A stretch of DNA of 9,468 nucleotides. Source: a virus. Its lineage: Duplodnaviria; Heunggongvirae; Uroviricota; Caudoviricetes. Positions 1-7,571 of the stretch are shown one piece after another. A model generated the notes under the pieces. It did not search any database and had not been told where the DNA came from. It saw only the letters and a program-made list of their open reading frames with translations. Each line of letters begins with the position of its first letter. Position 1 is the stretch's first letter. The stretch lies in IMG/VR virus record IMGVR_UViG_2648501787_000002; one strand, 5' to 3'. A program made the position numbers and the translations under genes.

Positions 1-98
<98 letters not shown>

Positions 99-100
99 CC

Positions 101-400
101 TCAGAACTCCATCTGGATTTGTTCAGAACGCTCGGTCTTGCACACCGGGCGTTTTTTCTTTGTGATTTCATCAAGCGCATACTTAAAAGCCCTGCTAATC
201 GGGCTGATGTCTGATGCCATTCCGAAAGCACACAAGACCGAAGCAATAAATCTCCAGTCCGTTCTGCTTATCTTCGATTCATGACAGCCAATCATCTTTG
301 CCAGACCGCGCTGTGTAAGCGTTGACAGGTTAATGAGTAAATATGTTTCTGCGCGATCAACGTCGCGCTGTGATAGTTTGCTGTAACTTGTTTGTTCCAT
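101..400 (-). CDS. cII: CII-like transcriptional activator (lysogeny establishment); C-terminal end lambda-like, N-terminal two thirds divergent
   Basis: 99-aa ORF directly downstream of cro on the same strand. C-terminus KKRPVCKTERSEQIQMEF closely matches my recollection of lambda CII (NKKRPAATERSEQIQMEF). Central helix-turn-helix-like segment TQRGLAKMIGCHESKISR. Same size class as lambda CII. Confidence 0.75.
   Translation of the reverse strand: MEQTSYSKLSQRDVDRAETYLLINLSTLTQRGLAKMIGCHESKISRTDWRFIASVLCAFGMASDISPISRAFKYALDEITKKKRPVCKTERSEQIQMEF
129..160 (+). terminator. Rho-independent terminator of an oop-like antisense RNA, inside the 3' end of cII
   Basis: Stem cgctcggt / accgggcg (8 bp, one G-U wobble), loop cttgcac, then tttttt. 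Flanking sequence matches my recollection of the lambda oop RNA 3' region (CAGAACUCCAUCUGGAUUUGUUCAGAACGCUCGG...GGGCGUUUUUU). Confidence 0.5.
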
Positions 401-485
401 TTCTTAAGATTTCCAGTAGTGAATAGTTAGTTGAAAGGTATGCGTGGAAACGCATATGGCCTTAGTTGGTCAGATATCTTGGGAC

Positions 486-500
486 TCGCTTTGTCAGCGA
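486..500 (-). promoter_or_regulatory. nutR boxB-like RNA hairpin (N-utilisation site), with a possible boxA at about 518..531
   Basis: Minus-strand RNA reads UCGCUGACAAAGCGA: 5-bp stem with GACAA loop, just downstream of the cro stop. Same loop as the hairpin at 2678..2692 downstream of pL, with a compensatory change in the outer stem pair. Upstream CGCUAUUUUCACAA resembles boxA (CGCUCUUA). Confidence 0.6.
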
Positions 501-538
501 CGTAGGACGAATGTCCATTGTGAAAATAGCGGTGTTAC

Positions 539-748
<210 letters not shown>

Positions 749-763
749 TTAGTACATGCAACC

Positions 764-1553
<790 letters not shown>

Positions 1554-1560
1554 CACGTAA

Positions 1561-1998
1561 ATGATTAAAGAACGTATTTCTTATATCATTCCGATTGCGA
1601 TGGATGAAGGCAACCCAGTAACTCCAGTTCTTATCTATGAAATGGATAAAGACTCCCATGAAGTGGATCTATCATTTGGCGCTTTTTTTATCGGCCTTAA
1701 GGCTACAAAAAAATATTCCATAGGCATTGAGGTTTTCAATGCTCAAGAAATACCGATACCAATTGACACAAAACTGTACTCCAACCATAAGTTTTTTACG
1801 GTAGCAGAAGCCAACGATGGAGAAACCATCGTATCAACTTCTATGAGAATTAACTTCCCAAGGGTGAAAATTATCAAGCCTGGGATATTCGAAGTTAGAG
1901 CATCTCTGGTTAATCCTGATAAAGGCGAAGTAATTGATGTAAAAAGTTCGTTTTTTGACGTGAAGATAACAGGATCAGTTCGCGATGAGTTTAGATAA
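1561..1998 (+). CDS. Hypothetical soluble protein, first gene of a two-gene cargo module in the rexA-rexB slot
   Basis: 145-aa ORF starting 8 nt after the cI stop on the same strand. No recognisable resemblance to RexA or any family I know. Appears more AT-rich than cI. Overlaps the next ORF by 14 nt. Confidence 0.6.
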   Translation: MIKERISYIIPIAMDEGNPVTPVLIYEMDKDSHEVDLSFGAFFIGLKATKKYSIGIEVFNAQEIPIPIDTKLYSNHKFFTVAEANDGETIVSTSMRINFPRVKIIKPGIFEVRASLVNPDKGEVIDVKSSFFDVKITGSVRDEFR

Positions 1999-2356
1999 CA
2001 AGGTTGCTCAGCTTCGTCCAAATCAAAACATATCTCGCCCAATTGGACACTATTCCACTGATGATGCATACTCACGGCATGGTGGAGGAAACGGCGGAGG
2101 TAACATGCTTGAGGCTAGAGTTGCAAAGCTAGAGTCTGATGTTGAATACATCAAGCGCGATCTCGCTGAAGTAAAGTCAGATATAAAATCTGTAGATTCT
2201 CGTCTGTCAGGTATTGAGACAAGCATTAGCTCAGCAAAAATCACCATCAAGGCATCTGCGGTCGTTGTCAGTTTCGTGTTCGCATTTTGCGCCTACATTT
2301 TTGGAAGTTATGTTTCCAAAATCCTTGATGCCTTAAACGGACTCGTTCTTAAGTAA
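1985..2356 (+). CDS. Hypothetical small membrane protein: Gly-rich linker, coiled-coil segment and one C-terminal transmembrane helix
   Basis: 123-aa ORF with GGGNGGGN linker, heptad-like LEARVAKLESDVEYIKRDLAEVKSDIKSVDSRL, and hydrophobic stretch ASAVVVSFVFAFCAYIFGSYV. AGGAT lies 9 nt upstream of the ATG. Followed by a strong terminator. Not RexB-like (RexB is polytopic). Confidence 0.6.
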   Translation: MSLDNKVAQLRPNQNISRPIGHYSTDDAYSRHGGGNGGGNMLEARVAKLESDVEYIKRDLAEVKSDIKSVDSRLSGIETSISSAKITIKASAVVVSFVFAFCAYIFGSYVSKILDALNGLVLK

Positions 2357-2361
2357 CACAC

Positions 2362-2389
2362 AACCCGGCCTCAGCGCCGGGTTTTCTTT
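2362..2389 (+). terminator. Rho-independent terminator ending the cI-cargo (pRM) transcript
   Basis: Stem cccggc / gccggg (6 bp, extendable by two A-T pairs), loop ctcagc, then ttttcttt. Confidence 0.7.
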
Positions 2390-2546
2390 GCCTCACGATC
2401 CCCTTCACCCAATAACACATAACCAATTGTATTTATTTGAAAATTAATAGATACAACTCACTAAACATCGCAATTCAGATCTCTCGATCACCTCCCAAGC
2501 CACACCCCCCTGCAAAAAAATAAATCTATATAAAAAACATACAGAT

Positions 2547-2609
2547 AACCATCTGCGGTGATAAATTATCTCTGGCGGTGTTGACATAAATACCACTGGC
2601 GGTGATACT
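2547..2609 (+). promoter_or_regulatory. Left operator/promoter: oL3 (2547..2563), oL2 (2567..2583), oL1 (2591..2607); pL -35 TTGACA (2581..2586), -10 GATACT (2604..2609)
   Basis: Sequence ...ACATACAGATAACCATCTGCGGTGATAAATTATCTCTGGCGGTGTTGACATAAATACCACTGGCGGTGATACT matches lambda oL/pL as I recall it. Lambda similarity ends a few bases downstream of the -10. Confidence 0.9.
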
Positions 2610-2677
2610 AAACACATCAGCAGGACGCACTACTCACCAGGGCGGTGAATATACAACGATTCGAATATGAATCTACG

Positions 2678-2692
2678 GCGCTGACAAAGCGC
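2678..2692 (+). promoter_or_regulatory. nutL boxB-like RNA hairpin
   Basis: GCGCUGACAAAGCGC: 5-bp stem with GACAA loop, about 65 nt downstream of the expected pL start. Matches the P22-type boxB as I recall it and pairs with the site at 486..500. Confidence 0.65.
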
Positions 2693-2857
2693 AATAACCA
2701 AAGTGAACTTTGGGGTGTGGTGAAGGGTTCATGGACGGGAATATGTCGCACGTAAAGCGGCGAGGCCTGCGGGACTATTGCCGAATTGAAGTAGGCCGAA
2801 ACAGGTCGAAATGGGTCTCCCACCTACCACACCACCAAAGTTCATCAGGAGGTCTAT

Positions 2858-3241
2858 ATGACACGCAGAACTCAGTTCAAAGGCAATTCACGTTCTCGTC
2901 GTCGTGAGCGTTTAAAGGCAAAGGCATTAGCTAACGGCGTACTGGCCCGCGAAGAAGCAATAAGTTCAGAAGTATTACACCGCCCTACTCTAAGCAGAGC
3001 GCAGATTCAGGCTAAAGGTACTCACGAAACGCCTGAGCGCATAGAAGACGCTAAGCCAATTAAGTTCATGGCACAGGACGTGATCTGGCAACAGAAAGAA
3101 TACAGACGCAATCTGGAGCGAGCGGCCATTGTGTACGCGAATGAGTTTGGACATAAGCAACCAGAAACTGGTGTATGTCTTCCAAACGTAGCTCTTTACG
3201 CGGCAGGCTACAGGAAATCAAAACAACTGACAGCGAGATGA
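2858..3241 (+). CDS. N: N-type transcription antitermination protein, P22 gp24-like rather than lambda N
   Basis: 127-aa ORF, first gene after pL/nutL. AGGAGG lies 5 nt upstream. N-terminal arginine-rich motif (GNSRSRRRERLKAKAL). C-terminus VALYAAGYRKSKQLTAR resembles the P22 gene 24 C-terminus (VALYAAGHRKSKQITAR) as I recall it. Confidence 0.75.
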   Translation: MTRRTQFKGNSRSRRRERLKAKALANGVLAREEAISSEVLHRPTLSRAQIQAKGTHETPERIEDAKPIKFMAQDVIWQQKEYRRNLERAAIVYANEFGHKQPETGVCLPNVALYAAGYRKSKQLTAR

Positions 3242-3284
3242 CGATACCCCGCCAACTAGGGCACTAACCGACAGGAGCATGACC

Positions 3285-3422
3285 ATGAATAACGATAACG
3301 AAGCACTTAAAGAAATGATTGCGAAACTTCTTGAAGATGCCCGCCGCCTTCAGGTAGTGGAGCCAAACGCAGGGACACAATCACGCATTGATGAAGCGAT
3401 GAAATTGCTCAAAGCAGAATAA
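3285..3422 (+). CDS. Hypothetical small protein (45 aa, predicted helical)
   Basis: ATG 7 nt after AGGAG; translates to MNNDNEALKEMIAKLLEDARRLQVVEPNAGTQSRIDEAMKLLKAE. Below the ORF-track length cut-off. Sits where lambda has ral but does not resemble Ral. Confidence 0.3.
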   Translation: MNNDNEALKEMIAKLLEDARRLQVVEPNAGTQSRIDEAMKLLKAE

Positions 3423-3456
3423 GCTCAGGCAGCAAACCACTTATTTGAGGTGAGAT

Positions 3457-3708
3457 ATGGAATTTCATGAAAGTGCGATTTATGATTTTCGCGCTAACGC
3501 AAATTCAGTAAAACCACTGCCAATTGCAGTTCTTTTTAAAACAATGGGGGCGTGGGCTGTTTTATGCTTCGCCTCTGATGACACTGACGCAAGAATGGCA
3601 ATAAGCCAAGAGATGGAGATGGACCCGACAAACGATGAATTCATAATTTATGGCGCTCCATCTAATTACTTACTTGATACCTGCAACATTTACAACAAGG
3701 CTGCCTGA
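3457..3708 (+). CDS. Hypothetical protein (83 aa)
   Basis: ORF with GAGGTGA ribosome-binding site upstream, same strand as the pL operon. No recognisable family. Confidence 0.5.
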   Translation: MEFHESAIYDFRANANSVKPLPIAVLFKTMGAWAVLCFASDDTDARMAISQEMEMDPTNDEFIIYGAPSNYLLDTCNIYNKAA

Positions 3709-3766
3709 TGGTGGCCTTTATTTTTGTCCGTAAATAATTTCATGCTTATTACAATCAAGGTGATAT

Positions 3767-4216
3767 ATGGAAGAACAAGCAAACAAGATTCTCGTAGAAC
3801 TACTGCAAAAAGCCAGTAATGGAATAGACGCGGCTGTTTCATTTAGCCAGGCACAGATTCCTGATGTTGTTCATCAGTTGCTGCTATGGAATATGGTTGA
3901 CAGTCTGATTAAAACATTAATAGCCATTCTAACAATCCCACTGGTTTTCTGGTTTATGAAGAAGCAGTGCCAAAGAGTTGAGACAGGTAAAATCGGTGAT
4001 GAAGGATACTCATGTGAGAGGGGAAATCCCAAATACAGGCCGACAATGGTTTGGGATAGCAAAGGAGATATTAACCTTCTTATCGTGCCATTGGTTGGAG
4101 TTTTGACTCTGTGGGGGATTTTTATTATTGGTGTAGTAACCAATATGACTTGGTTAAAAATTTGGCTGGCCCCAAAACTTTACCTTATCGAATATGCAGC
4201 ATCATTGGTTAAGTAA
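3767..4216 (+). CDS. Membrane protein with two predicted transmembrane helices; possible superinfection-exclusion (SieB-like) protein by position
   Basis: 149-aa ORF with AGGTGA ribosome-binding site. Hydrophobic segments LIKTLIAILTIPLVFWFM and LLIVPLVGVLTLWGIFIIGVV. Lambdoid phages carry sieB/ral-type genes just downstream of N. Functional call is positional only. Confidence 0.5.
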   Translation: MEEQANKILVELLQKASNGIDAAVSFSQAQIPDVVHQLLLWNMVDSLIKTLIAILTIPLVFWFMKKQCQRVETGKIGDEGYSCERGNPKYRPTMVWDSKGDINLLIVPLVGVLTLWGIFIIGVVTNMTWLKIWLAPKLYLIEYAASLVK

Positions 4217-4404
4217 TTTCAGGCCGTATAATCGTCCTTCATTTTTGGCATAAACAACAGAATAAATACTGCACTGTGTATTCATTCCAACGAGTGAATA
4301 CACGGAGCAATGTCGCTCGTAACTAAACAGGAGCCGACTTGTTCTGATTATTGGAAATCTTCTTTGCCCTCCAATGTGAGGGCGATTTTTTTGACGGAGG
4401 AATT

Positions 4405-4821
4405 ATGGAAATTACAGATATTCTGGTTAATCCAGATAATTACGACCGATTCAATATCTCTACTCAATCAGTTGATTTGGGTTGCGCAACTGTCAGCGCA
4501 TGGCTACTTAATGGTAAACAGTTGGATAAATGCCTTGATGCACATATGACGGTTAACAGCTTCCTTGCAGAAAAAACACACTGGCAAGATGCTGGAGGGA
4601 AATATGCTGGATGGCTTGAAAGCATGGGATTTGAATATCAATCTGATGAAGGTTGGTGGAGCCTTATAGCTGTAACGCCTGAGACAATAGAATGCTTCGT
4701 TAAATACTCAAACGACGATGACTATAAACACCAGGTGGATTCTGCGATAGAAAGATACAAAAGAAAATCGTTCAACCACGAAATATCATCAGTTCTTGAT
4801 TTCATAGAAATCTTCAAATAA
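4405..4821 (+). CDS. Hypothetical protein (138 aa)
   Basis: Probable start at ATG 4405 (GGAGG 5 nt upstream), in frame with the longer 4351 ORF in the track. No recognisable family. Confidence 0.5.
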   Translation: MEITDILVNPDNYDRFNISTQSVDLGCATVSAWLLNGKQLDKCLDAHMTVNSFLAEKTHWQDAGGKYAGWLESMGFEYQSDEGWWSLIAVTPETIECFVKYSNDDDYKHQVDSAIERYKRKSFNHEISSVLDFIEIFK

Positions 4822-4904
4822 GCCGCCAAGCGCGGCTTTACCGCATACCAATAATGCTTCACGAGAGGCATTTTCGTTATGCAATCAAATATAAGGAGTT
4901 ACCC

Positions 4905-5039
4905 ATGATGCACTTTCAGCTCGCGGGTAGCGGCGTCATGTCCGCTTTCTACCCGCACGAATCTGAATTATCACGCCGAGTTAAACAATTAATCAGAGCA
5001 GCAAAGAAACAACTGGAGGCGTTATGCGCAATGAAATAG
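4905..5039 (+). CDS. cIII: CIII-like small protein (candidate FtsH/HflB inhibitor that stabilises CII)
   Basis: Probable start at ATG 4905 (AGGAG upstream). 44 aa, MMHFQLAGSGVMSAFYPHESELSRRVKQLIRAAKKQL... Core resembles lambda CIII as I recall it (AIAGWPVAGCPSESLLERITRKLRDGWKRLI). Correct position in the pL operon. Confidence 0.5.
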   Translation: MMHFQLAGSGVMSAFYPHESELSRRVKQLIRAAKKQLEALCAMK

Positions 5040-5176
5040 CCATCAATCACCAGATGCTTCGTGCTGCACAAAACAAAGCAGTAATAGCCAGATTTATTGG
5101 TGATTCCAAAATGTGGCTTGAAGCAAATAAAGCGATGAAATCAGCTATCAACCTTCCGTGGTATCGCAGGAAATGA
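5024..5176 (+). CDS. Hypothetical small protein (50 aa), possibly Kil-like
   Basis: ATG 5024 with GGAGG upstream; overlaps the end of the cIII-like ORF. Translates to MRNEIAINHQMLRAAQNKAVIARFIGDSKMWLEANKAMKSAINLPWYRRK. Position (immediately after cIII) matches lambda kil. Similarity to Kil is from uncertain memory. Confidence 0.35.
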   Translation: MRNEIAINHQMLRAAQNKAVIARFIGDSKMWLEANKAMKSAINLPWYRRK

Positions 5177-5331
5177 GTTTTACAGATAACTGGTCAGACG
5201 AAGAATTCATTCGTCAGATGAAAGAATTAATCGGTAACGAAGGAGATATTCATGTCACTTGCAACCACAGTGAAGGAGAGCAAGTTACAGAGACGCATGT
5301 ACACGCAGAAAGCTCTCTGGTATCGCCATAA
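5173..5331 (+). CDS. Hypothetical small acidic protein (52 aa)
   Basis: ATG 5173 overlaps the stop of the preceding ORF (ATGA). Translates to MSFTDNWSDEEFIRQMKELIGNEGDIHVTCNHSEGEQVTETHVHAESSLVSP, about 11 acidic and 2 basic residues. Competes with the alternative-frame ORF 5252..5422. Confidence 0.3.
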   Translation: MSFTDNWSDEEFIRQMKELIGNEGDIHVTCNHSEGEQVTETHVHAESSLVSP

Positions 5332-5422
5332 TGGTGACCGCGAAGGAATGCGGGTATGCCTTAACTTGTCCCGAGTCGAAGTATTAAATCAGCGTTATTT
5401 CCTTGTGCCGTGTCCATTCTGA
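5252..5422 (+). CDS. Hypothetical small basic protein (56 aa), alternative frame to 5173..5331
   Basis: ATG 5252 lies 6 nt after AAGGAG. Translates to MSLATTVKESKLQRRMYTQKALWYRHNGDREGMRVCLNLSRVEVLNQRYFLVPCPF. Ends 8 nt before the annealase gene. I cannot tell which of the two overlapping frames is real, or whether both are. Confidence 0.3.
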   Translation: MSLATTVKESKLQRRMYTQKALWYRHNGDREGMRVCLNLSRVEVLNQRYFLVPCPF

Positions 5423-5430
5423 GGTGAATT

Positions 5431-6129
5431 ATGGATTTGAATAAATTCGATGAGCCATTCAGCCCCGAAGATATCGAATGGCGAATACAGCAAAGCGGTA
5501 AAACACGCGATGGCAAGGTGTGGGCTATGGTGCTGGCTTATGTCACGAACCGGGCAATCATGAAACGCCTGGACGATGTTTGCGGCAAAGCAGGATGGCG
5601 CAATGAATACCGCGATATTCCCAACAACGGCGGAGTTGAATGCGGCATATCAATCAAGATTGATTCCGAATGGGTAACCAAATGGGATGCTGCTGAAAAC
5701 ACGCAGGTAGAAGCCGTCAAAGGTGGTCGTTCCGGTGCAATGAAGCGTGCTGCCGTTCAATGGGGAATCGGTCGGTATCTGTATAACCTTGAGGAAGGTT
5801 TCGCACAAACATCTCTCGATAAAAAGCAGGGATGGCACAGGGCAAAACTGAAAGATGGAACAGGATTTTACTGGTCCCCTCCATCGCTGCCGGGATGGGC
5901 AATCCCAGCATCAGATAACAAACCATCACCAGAAAATACCAACCAGAAATCTCCATCGGTTGACTGCGAACAAATCCTGAAAGACTTCAGCGATTATGCG
6001 TCAACAGAAACTGACAAGAAAAAACTCATCGAGCGTTATCAGCGTGACTGGCAATTAATGGCTGGCAACGAGGAAGCGCAGGCTAAATGCGTTCAGGTAA
6101 TGAACATCAGAGTTAACGAACTAAAATAG
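5431..6129 (+). CDS. Single-strand annealing protein (Rad52/Erf-type recombinase) with a C-terminal extension
   Basis: 232-aa ORF with GAGGTGA ribosome-binding site. Contains AMKRAAVQWGIGRYLY, reminiscent of the Rad52 annealing-domain motif (KRALRSFGNALG in human Rad52). Immediately upstream of an SSB gene. C-terminal KKKLIERYQRDWQL region recalls P22 Erf from memory. Confidence 0.65.
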   Translation: MDLNKFDEPFSPEDIEWRIQQSGKTRDGKVWAMVLAYVTNRAIMKRLDDVCGKAGWRNEYRDIPNNGGVECGISIKIDSEWVTKWDAAENTQVEAVKGGRSGAMKRAAVQWGIGRYLYNLEEGFAQTSLDKKQGWHRAKLKDGTGFYWSPPSLPGWAIPASDNKPSPENTNQKSPSVDCEQILKDFSDYASTETDKKKLIERYQRDWQLMAGNEEAQAKCVQVMNIRVNELK

Positions 6130-6138
6130 GCGGCATAA

Positions 6139-6600
6139 ATGGCAAGCAGAGGCGTAAATAAGGTGATTATCCTTGGTCGGGTAGGACAAGACCCGGAAGT
6201 TCGATACTCACCATCAGGTACAGCGTTCGCTAACCTGACAATAGCCACGTCAGAACAATGGCGAGATAAAAATACTGGCGAGCAAAAGGAATTGACTGAA
6301 TGGCATCGTGTTGCTGTATCCGGGAAACTGGCTGAGGTCGTGGGGCAGTATGTGAAAAAAGGTGATCAGATTTATTTCGAGGGAATGCTGAGAACCAGAA
6401 AGTGGAAAGACCAGTCAGGGCAAGACCGTTACACAACCGAGGTTCATGTCGGAATTAATGGCGTGATGCAAATGCTTGGCGGCATTGGCGACAGCAAACA
6501 ACAAGCAGCCAGCAGGCAATCACAGAAGCCACAGCAGCAATCATCACCAGCACAACACAACGAACCTCCTATGAACTTCGACGATGAGATCCCATTTTAA
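6139..6600 (+). CDS. ssb: Single-stranded DNA-binding protein (SSB)
   Basis: 153-aa ORF. N-terminus [23 protein letters not shown] and [11 protein letters not shown] match E. coli SSB closely. Gln/Pro-rich linker and acidic tail NFDDEIPF (E. coli: DFDDDIPF). Confidence 0.92.
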   Translation: MASRGVNKVIILGRVGQDPEVRYSPSGTAFANLTIATSEQWRDKNTGEQKELTEWHRVAVSGKLAEVVGQYVKKGDQIYFEGMLRTRKWKDQSGQDRYTTEVHVGINGVMQMLGGIGDSKQQAASRQSQKPQQQSSPAQHNEPPMNFDDEIPF

Positions 6601-6615
6601 TCATTGGGAGAAAAT

Positions 6616-7083
6616 ATGATCACTTGCAAAAAATGTGGAGAGAATAAACCACCTAATGGTTTTTATCCTAGAAATAAGGTGTGCAAGGAATGCACTAAAA
6701 AACGAGTAACTGAATATCAAAAAGGAATAGGAAAGCTAATACATAATAATGCTTGCAAAAAATATAACAAAAGCGAAAAGGGCAAGGTTGCATTAAGCAA
6801 AGCAAGAGAGAACTATCTGGAATCTCATCGCCAAAGACAGCAAGCAAGATGGTCAGTCAAACGGGCAATTAAATCTGGTAAGTTATGTAGACCAACAACG
6901 TGTCAGAAATGCAACAGCAAATGCCACCCAGACGCTCACCACTGCGATTACAGTAAACCTCTTGAAGTGATGTGGCTATGCAAAGCATGTCATGTTGAAT
7001 GGCACAAGCACAACAAGCCAATATATCCAGACGAGGAACCAGTAACTCTCCCCTTCCCTCGTCACGCTATTAACGCAATTTAA
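6616..7083 (+). CDS. Cys-rich zinc-binding protein with an HNH-endonuclease-like motif
   Basis: Probable start at ATG 6616 (GGGAG upstream; the track's 6604 start is a TTG). N-terminal CxxC...CxxC zinc ribbon; C-terminal CQKCNSKCHPDAHHCDYSKPLEVMWLCKACHVEWH fits an HNH pattern (H-x-D-H-H ... C-x2-C-H-x3-H). Confidence 0.5.
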   Translation: MITCKKCGENKPPNGFYPRNKVCKECTKKRVTEYQKGIGKLIHNNACKKYNKSEKGKVALSKARENYLESHRQRQQARWSVKRAIKSGKLCRPTTCQKCNSKCHPDAHHCDYSKPLEVMWLCKACHVEWHKHNKPIYPDEEPVTLPFPRHAINAI

Positions 7084-7096
7084 TCAGGAGAAAAAC

Positions 7097-7393
7097 ATGC
7101 CAGCGCCTTTGTATGGTGCGGATGACGCGCGCCGCTGTTCCGGCAATTCCGTATCGGAGGTGCTGGATAAATTCAGAAAAAACTACGATCGAATAATGTC
7201 TCTACCGCAGGAAACGAAAGAGGAAAAGGAATTTCGCCACTGTATATGGCTTGCAGAGAAAGAAGAACGCGAGCGAATTTACCAGACATCAATCCGACCA
7301 TTCCGCAAAGCCACATATACCCACTTCCCTGAATATATCGACCCGCGCCTGCGTAATTACCGCTCACGCTATGGCGCTATCAGTAATGACTGA
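7097..7393 (+). CDS. Hypothetical protein (98 aa)
   Basis: ORF with AGGAG ribosome-binding site, same strand as the operon. No recognisable family. Confidence 0.5.
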   Translation: MPAPLYGADDARRCSGNSVSEVLDKFRKNYDRIMSLPQETKEEKEFRHCIWLAEKEERERIYQTSIRPFRKATYTHFPEYIDPRLRNYRSRYGAISND

Positions 7394-7403
7394 GGAATTT
7401 ACC

Positions 7404-7571
7404 ATGAGAGGACTTGCATACAATCCCGGCATTCTTCCGGCAGAAATGATTATTCGCCAGCGCGTAAAGCCAATGCCATCGAGAGAGGAATTGCTTAAGA
7501 GAAATTCTTTTCCGTCAGTGAATCAAAACAAATATCTGAATGCGATGTGGCGCAAAGGAGGCAACCAGTGA
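7404..7571 (+). CDS. Hypothetical small protein (55 aa)
   Basis: ATG 7404 with GAGGA upstream; in frame with the tail of track ORF 7251..7571. Its stop overlaps the next start (GTGA). Confidence 0.4.
   Translation: MRGLAYNPGILPAEMIIRQRVKPMPSREELLKRNSFPSVNQNKYLNAMWRKGGNQ

Noticed and set aside
1743-2250. Minus-strand ORFs 1743..2075 and 2050..2250 overlapping the two cargo genes
   Set aside because: Antisense to co-oriented genes that continue the cI transcript and end at a plus-strand terminator. No minus-strand start signals seen.
2617-2907. ORFs 2617..2823 (-) and 2710..2907 (+) in the pL leader
   Set aside because: They cover the nutL hairpin and the structured N leader, and the plus-strand one overlaps the N start out of frame. 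The region is noncoding in lambdoid phages.
3874-4549. ORFs 3874..4143 (-) and 4310..4549 (+)
   Set aside because: The first is antisense to the membrane-protein gene. The second is an alternative frame overlapping the better-supported 4405..4821 gene and lacks a ribosome-binding site.
5538-6436. Minus-strand ORFs inside the annealase and ssb genes (5538..5720, 5650..5838, 5717..5956, 6230..6436)
   Set aside because: Antisense to genes with clear homology-like signatures, especially SSB.
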